Positions 8,942 through 15,678 of a stretch of 25,945 nucleotides of DNA are shown one piece after another. The stretch's first letter is position 1, and every line of letters begins with the position of its first letter. Origin of the DNA: a virus (lineage: Duplodnaviria; Caudoviricetes); IMG/VR virus record IMGVR_UViG_3300037502_002581, positions 1 through 25,945 of that record. One strand, given 5' to 3'. The notes beneath the pieces are model-generated. The model was not told the origin of the DNA and searched no databases. It saw nothing but the letters and a program-made list of their open reading frames with translations. Position numbers and translations under genes: made by a program.

Positions 8942-9703
8942 TTATAACTCCGTATAATGGATTACTCTTTCAAGCTGCTTTGTTGATTTACAGTAATCAC
9001 ATTCTTCACATCTAATTGGTTCAACTTCGCCTAATTTTAATTGCTTAATCCTGTCTATACTAATTTCAACTTCTAAGAGTTTGTCTTTTATAAATTCAGT
9101 TCCTAAGTAAATTGCTGCTTTATCTGGAATAGTTTCTTTACTTACAGCTATAATGTGAGGATGAAAGTAATCTCCTTCTGGTCTATTGTTATAAAGTCTT
9201 TCAACTTCACAATATATTGCTAATTGTAAAAAATAATCGTAGTATTCAATAAAACTCTGTCCACCGTTGCTAATTATTTTTCTAGTTGTTTTTATATCAG
9301 CTATTACTCTTTTATCTGGATTGTATATATCTATCATTATCTTCCAAGGAAGTCCAAACAACTCTGATGTCATAACTACTTCTTTTTGTCCTTCTCGAAC
9401 TTTAGAAATTAATTTGTCATTTGCTAAAGTTTTAATCATTTTGTCTGCTACTTGATACTTTGCATATAAACTTCCATCTTTCTTGAACATTTCAGGATGT
9501 TCTTGCCTAAATTTTTCTAAGTTACCTTCATTCCAAGCATGAACATAACTTCCAATTAAATATGCGTCCTTATCTTCTTCTTTCCATTCTCCGTTCAAAT
9601 AAGCCATAGTTTTAGCTTCGCATTGCAAGAAACTCTTAAATTGGCTTACTGACATATATTGCTTGTCCGCTTCTAAATTAAAGTATTTATCTTTAGTAAG
9701 CAT
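8942..9703 (-). CDS. PD-(D/E)xK exonuclease (RecE-like/DUF3799-type), partner of RecT
   Basis: MSVSQFKSF..CEA, KIMID, DIKTT, YFLQLAIY, C-terminal CEECDYC. Confidence 0.88.
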   Translation of the reverse strand: MLTKDKYFNLEADKQYMSVSQFKSFLQCEAKTMAYLNGEWKEEDKDAYLIGSYVHAWNEGNLEKFRQEHPEMFKKDGSLYAKYQVADKMIKTLANDKLISKVREGQKEVVMTSELFGLPWKIMIDIYNPDKRVIADIKTTRKIISNGGQSFIEYYDYFLQLAIYCEVERLYNNRPEGDYFHPHIIAVSKETIPDKAAIYLGTEFIKDKLLEVEISIDRIKQLKLGEVEPIRCEECDYCKSTKQLERVIHYTEL

Positions 9704-10518
9704 TATTTTTCACCTTCCTCAAAAGGTGTACCAGTTAAATCTAATTGCTCTTGTTCAAGTTCTTCTGAAACTTCTTCATATTCAACTTCTACTGCTTCAT
9801 TGAATGGAGATTCTTCTTTAGTTGTTGGTTCATTCTTAAATTCAAAGTCACTTGCTTCTTCAAAGGCTTTTTGTTGTTCTATAGTGTCAAAATCAAGTTC
9901 GATTAGTTTGCAAAGCCTTCTTAAAACAGTCTTTTTATACATTTCTCCTGGTGTCTTTGTCCAAGCTGCACTATTTTTAGCTTTAGAAAAATTTTCTCTG
10001 ATAGATTCAATTTCTTCCTTTGACATAGTTTCATACATCATACTTCCATCTTTGAATAAAACTACTGCAAATGCTCCAAGTATTTCTCCATTATTAAATG
10101 ATTTAGGTTTAAAATTAATCGTTTGTTTACCATCTATGATTTCTTCTTGAAACTCATCACCTTCTCTAACTAGTTTTGCATATATGTCCTTAATTGGATT
10201 AATACTATACTTTTTAGCTAGTTTGATTTCTCCTTTGTAATCTGTCTGGAAATTCAGTTGATTTCCGTATGGTATCGCATAGCATTCTTTATTGAAGAAA
10301 TCTAATCCTAAAAATGCTCCTTTAAGCATTGTTCTTGCTATTGATATTGGCTGACATTTTTCAATGTCTTTTGTATCTTGAAGAACTGTCATACAGTTCT
10401 GTAAAAATCTAGTCTCATTAAAATCCTTTGGTAATGCATCAGCTTTTGATTTTAAAAGTTTCTGTAATGCTGCATGACTTTGTTTTAAAATTTCATCACG
10501 TTTAACTATATTTCCCAT
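9703..10518 (-). CDS. recT: RecT-family single-strand annealing recombinase
   Basis: CYAIPYG...FQTDYKG..KLA, V.EGDEF, W...P.EM.KKTVLRRLCK; start re-assigned to ATG at 10518 behind AGGAGG. Confidence 0.93.
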   Translation of the reverse strand: MGNIVKRDEILKQSHAALQKLLKSKADALPKDFNETRFLQNCMTVLQDTKDIEKCQPISIARTMLKGAFLGLDFFNKECYAIPYGNQLNFQTDYKGEIKLAKKYSINPIKDIYAKLVREGDEFQEEIIDGKQTINFKPKSFNNGEILGAFAVVLFKDGSMMYETMSKEEIESIRENFSKAKNSAAWTKTPGEMYKKTVLRRLCKLIELDFDTIEQQKAFEEASDFEFKNEPTTKEESPFNEAVEVEYEEVSEELEQEQLDLTGTPFEEGEK

Positions 10519-10519
10519 G

Positions 10520-10687
10520 TTAATCCTCCTTAATATTTCGTCTTTCACACTCTTTTCTAAGCCAATATATTTTCTTTTGAACGTCTTGCTTAATTCCCTC
10601 TGGACAAATTTTTATATATCTCATTTCGGACCTTAAAAGATTTAATACGTATTCATCCGAATCATAGTAAGAACAATATGCTATCAT
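10520..10687 (-). CDS. Small hypothetical protein, 55 aa
   Basis: Hand translation MIAYCSYYDSDEYVLNLLRSEMRYIKICPEG...; fills the gap exactly. Confidence 0.6.
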   Translation of the reverse strand: MIAYCSYYDSDEYVLNLLRSEMRYIKICPEGIKQDVQKKIYWLRKECERRNIKED

Positions 10688-10909
10688 TTACCCCACCACC
10701 TGGGAAAATCTATTATATTCATATATAAATTCATTTTTGCTTTGTTCAAGCTCGTCCAGTTTTTCTTCATAGAAATATCTAACTTCATCAATTAATCCTT
10801 CTAGTTCTGCTAAAAGCTCTTCCTCGTCTTTATCATCAGTAAGTAAATCTAAATCTAGTGAAATTCGTTTTAAAAATTTTATCCTCTCTCTAATTTCTCT
10901 CTTGTTCAT
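10688..10909 (-). CDS. Acidic coiled-coil hypothetical protein
   Basis: Start re-assigned to ATG at 10909 (MNKREI) behind AGGAG. Confidence 0.7.
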   Translation of the reverse strand: MNKREIRERIKFLKRISLDLDLLTDDKDEEELLAELEGLIDEVRYFYEEKLDELEQSKNEFIYEYNRFSQVVG

Positions 10910-10920
10910 ATTCTCACTCC

Positions 10921-10949
10921 TTGTAAATCCCCTCATTTTCTTGTATAAT
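10921..10949 (+). promoter_or_regulatory. Antisense sigma-A-type promoter
   Basis: TTGTAA (10921-26), 17 bp, TATAAT (10944-49); inverted repeat CCCTCATT/AATGAGGG overlaps it. Confidence 0.6.
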
Positions 10950-10965
10950 GAGGGTGGGTTGTTTT

Positions 10966-10990
10966 GAGCCTTATTTAGGCTCTCTTTTTT
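10966..10990 (+). terminator. Intrinsic terminator on the + strand
   Basis: GAGCCT-TATTT-AGGCTC hairpin followed by TCTTTTTT. Confidence 0.6.
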
Positions 10991-11049
10991 GTTTTTGCTA
11001 GTCTAGCTCTAAGCTCTGACACTTTGCCTTTGAAAAGTATCATTTTCAT
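10975..11049 (-). CDS. 24-aa basic peptide
   Basis: MKMILFKGKVSELRARLAKTKKRA behind a perfect AGGAGGTG RBS. Confidence 0.55.
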   Translation of the reverse strand: MKMILFKGKVSELRARLAKTKKRA

Positions 11050-11078
11050 GATTTCACCTCCTAAACTTTCCTGACCTC

Positions 11079-11273
11079 TTATAGTATTTCATGGTCCTCT
11101 AATCTAAATAGAAGCTCATCCCTTTCTTTCCTAAGGTTCTCAATTCTTTTCTTAATCTCTGCCAGTCTTTCCTCACAGTTTGGCTGATTGTAGATTTCTC
11201 CAAATTCTTTAGCTAGTTTAGTATGTTCCAGTATTATCTCCTGAAGTCTTGTTTCAGTTTGATTTAAAATCAT
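11079..11273 (-). CDS. Small coiled-coil early protein
   Basis: 64-aa ORF, AAAGGAGG RBS. Confidence 0.75.
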   Translation of the reverse strand: MILNQTETRLQEIILEHTKLAKEFGEIYNQPNCEERLAEIKKRIENLRKERDELLFRLEDHEIL

Positions 11274-11463
11274 TCATTTCCCCTCCTTTCGTTTCGTTTT
11301 TTCTCTCTTTCTCTTTAGATAATGTTTTGCTGTATAATTTCTACTGTTTCAAAAAGTTTTTTTAAATCTTCAGTCATGGATTAACCTCCCTTTTCTGGCT
11401 TGCCTTATACAAAGTTCCACTTTTTTATATGTATTTTTGTTTGTTTAACGTGGAATACTAATA

Positions 11464-11688
11464 TCAAGCAGTATGTTCAGTACGATTTTTTCGGACATCG
11501 TCGGTAAAAAAAAGATATTCATAAGGTTTTTGGAAAAAATCAATTATTTTGTCAATTTCAGATTTTTTCCATTCAGTTTGTCCGTTTAACCTTTCATAAG
11601 TAGTTGTACGATTCAAGTTAATTATTTTGGCAAATTCAGGTATTGAAATATTTTTTCTTGCTAATTCTGCTCTTATATTTGGATACAT
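11464..11688 (-). CDS. Cro-like HTH (XRE) regulator
   Basis: YPNIRAELARKNISIPEFAKII.L.RTT.YERLNG.TEW; divergent from the repressor. Confidence 0.9.
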   Translation of the reverse strand: MYPNIRAELARKNISIPEFAKIINLNRTTTYERLNGQTEWKKSEIDKIIDFFQKPYEYLFFTDDVRKNRTEHTA

Positions 11689-11714
11689 TTAAGTTCCTCC
11701 TTCCAATTTGCTTT

Positions 11715-11837
11715 GTCCACATATTTCGTACTGTTACTTATTATTATAGTATGCAATTTTCGGAATGTCAATACATTTTTTCGGAAAAAATATTTATATT
11801 TTTGAGAATATCGGACTTGTGCTTGGAATACTCGGAA
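11715..11837. promoter_or_regulatory. Five 17-bp repressor operator sites (consensus about GTCCGA-N5-TCGGAC)
   Basis: Sites start at 11715, 11749, 11770, 11800 and 11821; the TCGGA/TCGTA right half is conserved; a sixth site lies at 11480-11496. Confidence 0.7.
11743..11771 (-). promoter_or_regulatory. Lytic (cro) promoter, perfect sigma-A consensus
   Basis: Minus-strand TTGACA (11771-66), 17 bp, TATAAT (11748-43). Confidence 0.9.
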
Positions 11838-11840
11838 ATT

Positions 11841-11849
11841 TGGTATAAT
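11841..11849 (+). promoter_or_regulatory. Repressor promoter, extended -10
   Basis: TGGTATAAT upstream of the GAGGGGTG RBS; weak -35. Confidence 0.7.
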
Positions 11850-11872
11850 TAAAATTAAAGAGGGGTGATTAT

Positions 11873-12223
11873 ATGAATATTGGAGATAGATTAAAAAAAT
11901 TAAGACTAGAAAAAGGGTTAACTATTAGGGAAGTTGCTAAGATATTTAATATAAGCAAATCAACTGTAAGTGATTACGAAAGAGGAAGAACAACTCCTAA
12001 TTATGAATTATTAATTAAAATGGCCGATTATTTCAATGTTACTACAGATTACCTATTAGGCTTAACCGATGAAAGAAATATATATAAAACTGTTCCTAAG
12101 GAAGTTCCAAAGATTTTAAGAGAATTAGGAACAAAATATATAGGATTTGCTAAAGATTTGAAAGACGCAGAGCTAACAGAGGAAGAAATAAAAGACATGA
12201 TAGAGTATATGAAAAAAGTCTAA
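11873..12223 (+). CDS. CI/ImmR-like XRE immunity repressor (no peptidase domain)
   Basis: IGDRLKKLRLEKGLT..EVA....ISKSTVSDYERG...P....LIKMADYFNVTTDYLLG; only credible + strand gene. Confidence 0.93.
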   Translation: MNIGDRLKKLRLEKGLTIREVAKIFNISKSTVSDYERGRTTPNYELLIKMADYFNVTTDYLLGLTDERNIYKTVPKEVPKILRELGTKYIGFAKDLKDAELTEEEIKDMIEYMKKV

Positions 12224-12291
12224 TAACCTAGAGGCAATATTAGCCGGAGAATTTGAAGAAATAAAAGACATGATAGAGTATATGAAAAAAG
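12182..12291 (+). repeat. Perfect 37-bp direct repeat x2 with a 36-bp spacer
   Basis: GAAGAAATAAAAGACATGATAGAGTATATGAAAAAAG at 12182-12218 and 12255-12291. Confidence 0.95.
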
Positions 12292-12316
12292 AGTAGGCAC
12301 CTGTTATACCTACTCT
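12285..12316 (-). terminator. Intrinsic terminator closing the accessory operon
   Basis: Minus strand AGAGTAGGTAT-AACAG-GTGCCTACTCT followed by a T run. Confidence 0.75.
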
Positions 12317-12337
12317 ATATAATTCAATAATCATGGC

Positions 12338-12529
12338 TTAATTATCTTTAGATATATGTCTTAGTGCTTGGTTTTCTACTACTACCCATGTTCTCCCAAT
12401 TTGTTCTTTGTATCTATCTTCAAGTTTAACAATAATTATATTTCTCTTATAATGATTTAAATTGTATTTATCGGCTAGATCCTGCAAAGGTATCCAGCCT
12501 TTTTTTAGACATTTATACATAGCAATCAT
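12338..12529 (-). CDS. Small winged-HTH-like protein
   Basis: IPLQDLADKYNL helix pair plus QIGRTWVV wing; overlaps the MTase stop. Confidence 0.55.
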   Translation of the reverse strand: MIAMYKCLKKGWIPLQDLADKYNLNHYKRNIIIVKLEDRYKEQIGRTWVVVENQALRHISKDN

Positions 12530-13181
12530 CCTTTTTTAATTTTGTGTAAGAACCGCCGCACTTTACAATACTTTCAAGCAACAGCGATAATCTTTTGTGA
12601 TTTAATTCAGTTCCAACAAATCTTTTTCCGTTTCTATATGCATATAACCCAACTAATCCAGTACCCATGCACAAATCTCCTATACAATTATAATCTTCAT
12701 TCTCACATACCCATTTAATAATATCTTCTTCATCCATATTATCAAGAGGTAATTTTTTTCTTTTATTACTTCCTCTAATTACATAACAAAACCTATCTTT
12801 TTTATGATAATAAGTACTATTATAGAATGTTACATATTTATATCTGCTTTTCATTTCTAAAATAAATTCTGCTAGATATTCCTTTCCTATCTCTATATAA
12901 CAAGTTTTAGGACTTATTTCGTCGATACATTCAAACAAACGTTTGTAAAATTTTTCAAAACTTGTTTGCTTATCTGTTCTTTCTGCTTTTGTATAGAATG
13001 TGTTTAAGTTGCCTAAATTCCAAGGCGGGTCTACAAATATTACATCTGCATTAAGCATTATGTTTGGTAATGGATCAAATATATTATGGACCTTTACCAT
13101 GCTGCCATTATCAAATATTACTGTTTCATCTTGGTTTATAGGATGCCTTTTAAAAGCATCCCCATAATTCCATTTAGCCAT
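12513..13181 (-). CDS. Beta-class amino (m6A/m4C) DNA methyltransferase, compact
   Basis: Motif IV VIFVDPPW precedes SAM-binding motif I IGDLCMGTG...RFVGTEL. Confidence 0.8.
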   Translation of the reverse strand: MAKWNYGDAFKRHPINQDETVIFDNGSMVKVHNIFDPLPNIMLNADVIFVDPPWNLGNLNTFYTKAERTDKQTSFEKFYKRLFECIDEISPKTCYIEIGKEYLAEFILEMKSRYKYVTFYNSTYYHKKDRFCYVIRGSNKRKKLPLDNMDEEDIIKWVCENEDYNCIGDLCMGTGLVGLYAYRNGKRFVGTELNHKRLSLLLESIVKCGGSYTKLKKDDCYV

Positions 13182-13710
13182 GATTTTTCACCTCCACCAT
13201 TTCCCATGATTTTGAATAAGCTTGATTCTTGAATAATTCAGCTATGCCAGTTATCTGTTTAAGTCTATATACTTCTTCTAATTCCATTCCTAAATGTTTT
13301 GCTATATCTTCATCTTCCATACCTTGTTCTACTAGCGATTGAACCAAATCCCCCATTAGTTCTACTTGATGAACCCCTCTAGCTCTATTAAATTGCACTG
13401 TAGCTGCCATTCTTTTCTTTAAATCGTGTTTTAGAATAACAACAGGTATTTGGTCCACTTCAAGCCATTCTTTTAATATTGTGTACCTATGAAAACCGTC
13501 AATAACAATATATTCGTCCATATCCTCATCATAGATAACCACTATTGGAAAACAAAAGCCATTATCTATTATGGATTGCTGCAAAAGCTCCATATTGTTT
13601 CTAGGCACATTATTAGGATTATAATTATTTGCTCTTACCTTTTCAATTGGTACCAATACTACATCCATACAAGGTAAATCAATATACCCTTTTTTGCTTT
13701 TAAGTTTCAT
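13174..13710 (-). CDS. ibrB: IbrB-like ParB/Srx N-terminal domain protein
   Basis: ANNYNPN.V....M.LL..SI...GF..PIVV, VIDGFHR, RMAATVQFNRARGVH, C-terminal HTH; ATG at 13710 coupled (TAATG) to the upstream gene. Confidence 0.85.
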   Translation of the reverse strand: MKLKSKKGYIDLPCMDVVLVPIEKVRANNYNPNNVPRNNMELLQQSIIDNGFCFPIVVIYDEDMDEYIVIDGFHRYTILKEWLEVDQIPVVILKHDLKKRMAATVQFNRARGVHQVELMGDLVQSLVEQGMEDEDIAKHLGMELEEVYRLKQITGIAELFKNQAYSKSWEMVEVKNHG

Positions 13711-14825
13711 TATAAAATCCTCCTCCATTTTTCTATAGTTTCTAATCTAGGATCCGGTTTATTATCAACCGGTAAATTATTTTCATAATCATTAAGTATT
13801 AGTTGTCTACATTGTTGTCTAGCAACATAATCATTATCAAGATGCTTAGAGAATCTTTTTTCAAAGATATGTTTCCTAGTTTCATCAGGATAAGTTTTGA
13901 GAAGGAAATCTCTATATTCTCTCCAGTTTTTAAAATTCTTAGGTAATTTTCTTACCTTTAACATCTTGCTATCTTTGCCATATAGATTACCTATGCTCAT
14001 TCCATTAATTCTTTTAAGCAATCTATCATATGTTTTTGGCTCAAATTCAGGTAATTCTACTAATGCCTTGAAAGATTTCTCGTGTATCAAGCTAGATACT
14101 CTTATCTCTTGTAGTCCCATGCCCTTCTTCCACATGTAATCATATATTTTGGAATACCTAAGTTTTTCATCATAGATATATCGCCAAACATCATGAAAGT
14201 TCCAATCATATATAGGGTAGAATGATGCTGAACCATTTCCTATGTCAGTCCCCCAAAATACTCCATTTACTGGATTTTTTGATACTGCCCTCCATCTGTT
14301 CATACTTTCAGTTGCCCTTAATCCTACTAAAAAAGCTGTATTAGGTCTGCTATTTTGGAAGTTATCTAAAACTGCGTAAAAATCAAGTCCTATTTTCTTA
14401 TTTCTGATTTTTTCTTTTTTCTCATCCCAAGGCTTGTGCCAAATAGCATCTTTCCTTTTGCTTCTCATCCAAATCTTGTGTTTGCCCTTTTCCCAGCACT
14501 TCAAATAAGGGTCTTTGTATGAAGTTGCGTTTGTAAGATTAAACTCTATCTGTAACCATAACTTAATAGTATTTTCAGGATACATATTCATTATATAGTC
14601 TACTTGCTTGATTGTACTATCATATACAACTTCTTCATCAAGAAAGAATATGCCTATTTTCCTATTTCTTTTATTAGCTTCTTTAAGTGCTAAATGGGCC
14701 AAAACAGTACTATCTTTTCCGCCACTAATTGATACAACTATATTTTCGTAGGTATCAAATATGTAGCTTATTCTTTCTTTAGCAGCTTCTAATACATTTT
14801 TTTTAGTATAAACTTGTTTTAGCAT
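13710..14825 (-). CDS. ibrA: IbrA-like PP-loop/PAPS-reductase-fold protein
   Basis: SISGGKDS PP-loop, FFLDEE, GLRATES..RW, YPIYDW...DVW, RVS; adjacent to the IbrB-like gene. Confidence 0.85.
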   Translation of the reverse strand: MLKQVYTKKNVLEAAKERISYIFDTYENIVVSISGGKDSTVLAHLALKEANKRNRKIGIFFLDEEVVYDSTIKQVDYIMNMYPENTIKLWLQIEFNLTNATSYKDPYLKCWEKGKHKIWMRSKRKDAIWHKPWDEKKEKIRNKKIGLDFYAVLDNFQNSRPNTAFLVGLRATESMNRWRAVSKNPVNGVFWGTDIGNGSASFYPIYDWNFHDVWRYIYDEKLRYSKIYDYMWKKGMGLQEIRVSSLIHEKSFKALVELPEFEPKTYDRLLKRINGMSIGNLYGKDSKMLKVRKLPKNFKNWREYRDFLLKTYPDETRKHIFEKRFSKHLDNDYVARQQCRQLILNDYENNLPVDNKPDPRLETIEKWRRIL

Positions 14826-15678
14826 AAAATTCACCTAGCCTTTCATTCCACTTGTTATAGTCCTCAAAATACCATTTGTCGGCACCTATACAAGTATTAA
14901 CGAATCTAACTTCATTAGTTCCAGTAGATTTAACATAATCAATAAATTCCAATCTCCTGCAAGGGAAATCAATAATCGTTAGGTTTCCTTGAGTTACATT
15001 TCTATACGTAACTATATTAGGTAATTTCAATCTTTGATTCCTTGCTAAATATATTTCATTCTCATGCAAAACAGCCTTTTTAAATTTGCCCAAGAAATTA
15101 TGAAGGTTTCTTGGAAGTGTATCAGGATCACTATTGCCTAAGTTGTCAAAATAATAATCTTTTTTCTTTAAATAGCTTTTCACCTGCCTTTCTGTCAGTT
15201 TTACATCTATTGACTTAAAAATTAAATCATTTCTTTTGACTAAAATATCTTCTTCATAAAGGTATTCCCATTTAAAGCCTTTTCCCCTGTATTTCCCTTT
15301 ATTCTGAAAGTCTAAAAGGATTAGAAAGTCCTTTTTTTCTTCAATAAAAGGGAAATATTCAAATATAATTTTGTGATCAGTTTGATTTAGGTAGTGATGG
15401 GCACAATTGTATGTCAGTTCACTTCTATTTTGAGTTCTCATACATTCATTGACAACTATTAGTACATCATCATCAATTTCCTCTAATAGCCTGTAGAATA
15501 CTGGATATTCAATAATATCCTTGTATTCTATATATTCAATCTCAACATTACCTTCTAAATCAAAAATATCTTCATGCTTTTGGAAGTAAAGAACAAAGAT
15601 TTTTCTTATATCGTTCTCTCTTAGATATTTGTTTAAAACTTCCTCCTTTTCTTTTTTATTCAGACCTACCCTTATCAT
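14803..15678 (-). CDS. Degenerate (probably inactive) SNF2-like paralogue
   Basis: Aligns by eye to the adjacent SNF2 N-lobe; Walker A lost, Walker B VNEC. Confidence 0.6.
   Translation of the reverse strand: MIRVGLNKKEKEEVLNKYLRENDIRKIFVLYFQKHEDIFDLEGNVEIEYIEYKDIIEYPVFYRLLEEIDDDVLIVVNECMRTQNRSELTYNCAHHYLNQTDHKIIFEYFPFIEEKKDFLILLDFQNKGKYRGKGFKWEYLYEEDILVKRNDLIFKSIDVKLTERQVKSYLKKKDYYFDNLGNSDPDTLPRNLHNFLGKFKKAVLHENEIYLARNQRLKLPNIVTYRNVTQGNLTIIDFPCRRLEFIDYVKSTGTNEVRFVNTCIGADKWYFEDYNKWNERLGEFYAKTSLY

Noticed and set aside
10921-11049. Type I toxin-antitoxin locus
   Set aside because: The geometry is suggestive, but the 24-aa peptide is basic with no transmembrane stretch; kept only as an antisense-RNA candidate
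11315-11377. 20-aa ORF (MTEDLKKLFETVEIIQQNII) with GGGAGG RBS
   Set aside because: Too short and featureless to support as a gene without conservation data
11643-11852. 69-aa + strand ORF across the switch region
   Set aside because: TTG start with no RBS; it overlaps cro and the promoter/operator region
12182-12291. CRISPR mini-array (37-bp repeat, 36-bp spacer)
   Set aside because: Sizes fit, but the repeat is repressor coding sequence, has no palindrome or typical GTT.../ATTGAAA(C/G) ends, occurs only twice, and no cas genes are present
13174-13710. ParB plasmid-partition protein
   Set aside because: No ParA partner or parS array in the window; translationally coupled to IbrA and carries the IbrB-type NRARG.H motif
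13710-14825. Dnd/Ssp phosphorothioation system or sulphate-assimilation cysH
   Set aside because: No Fe-S cysteine motif and no desulphurase or other dnd/ssp/cys genes; motifs and the neighbouring gene fit IbrA/IbrB better
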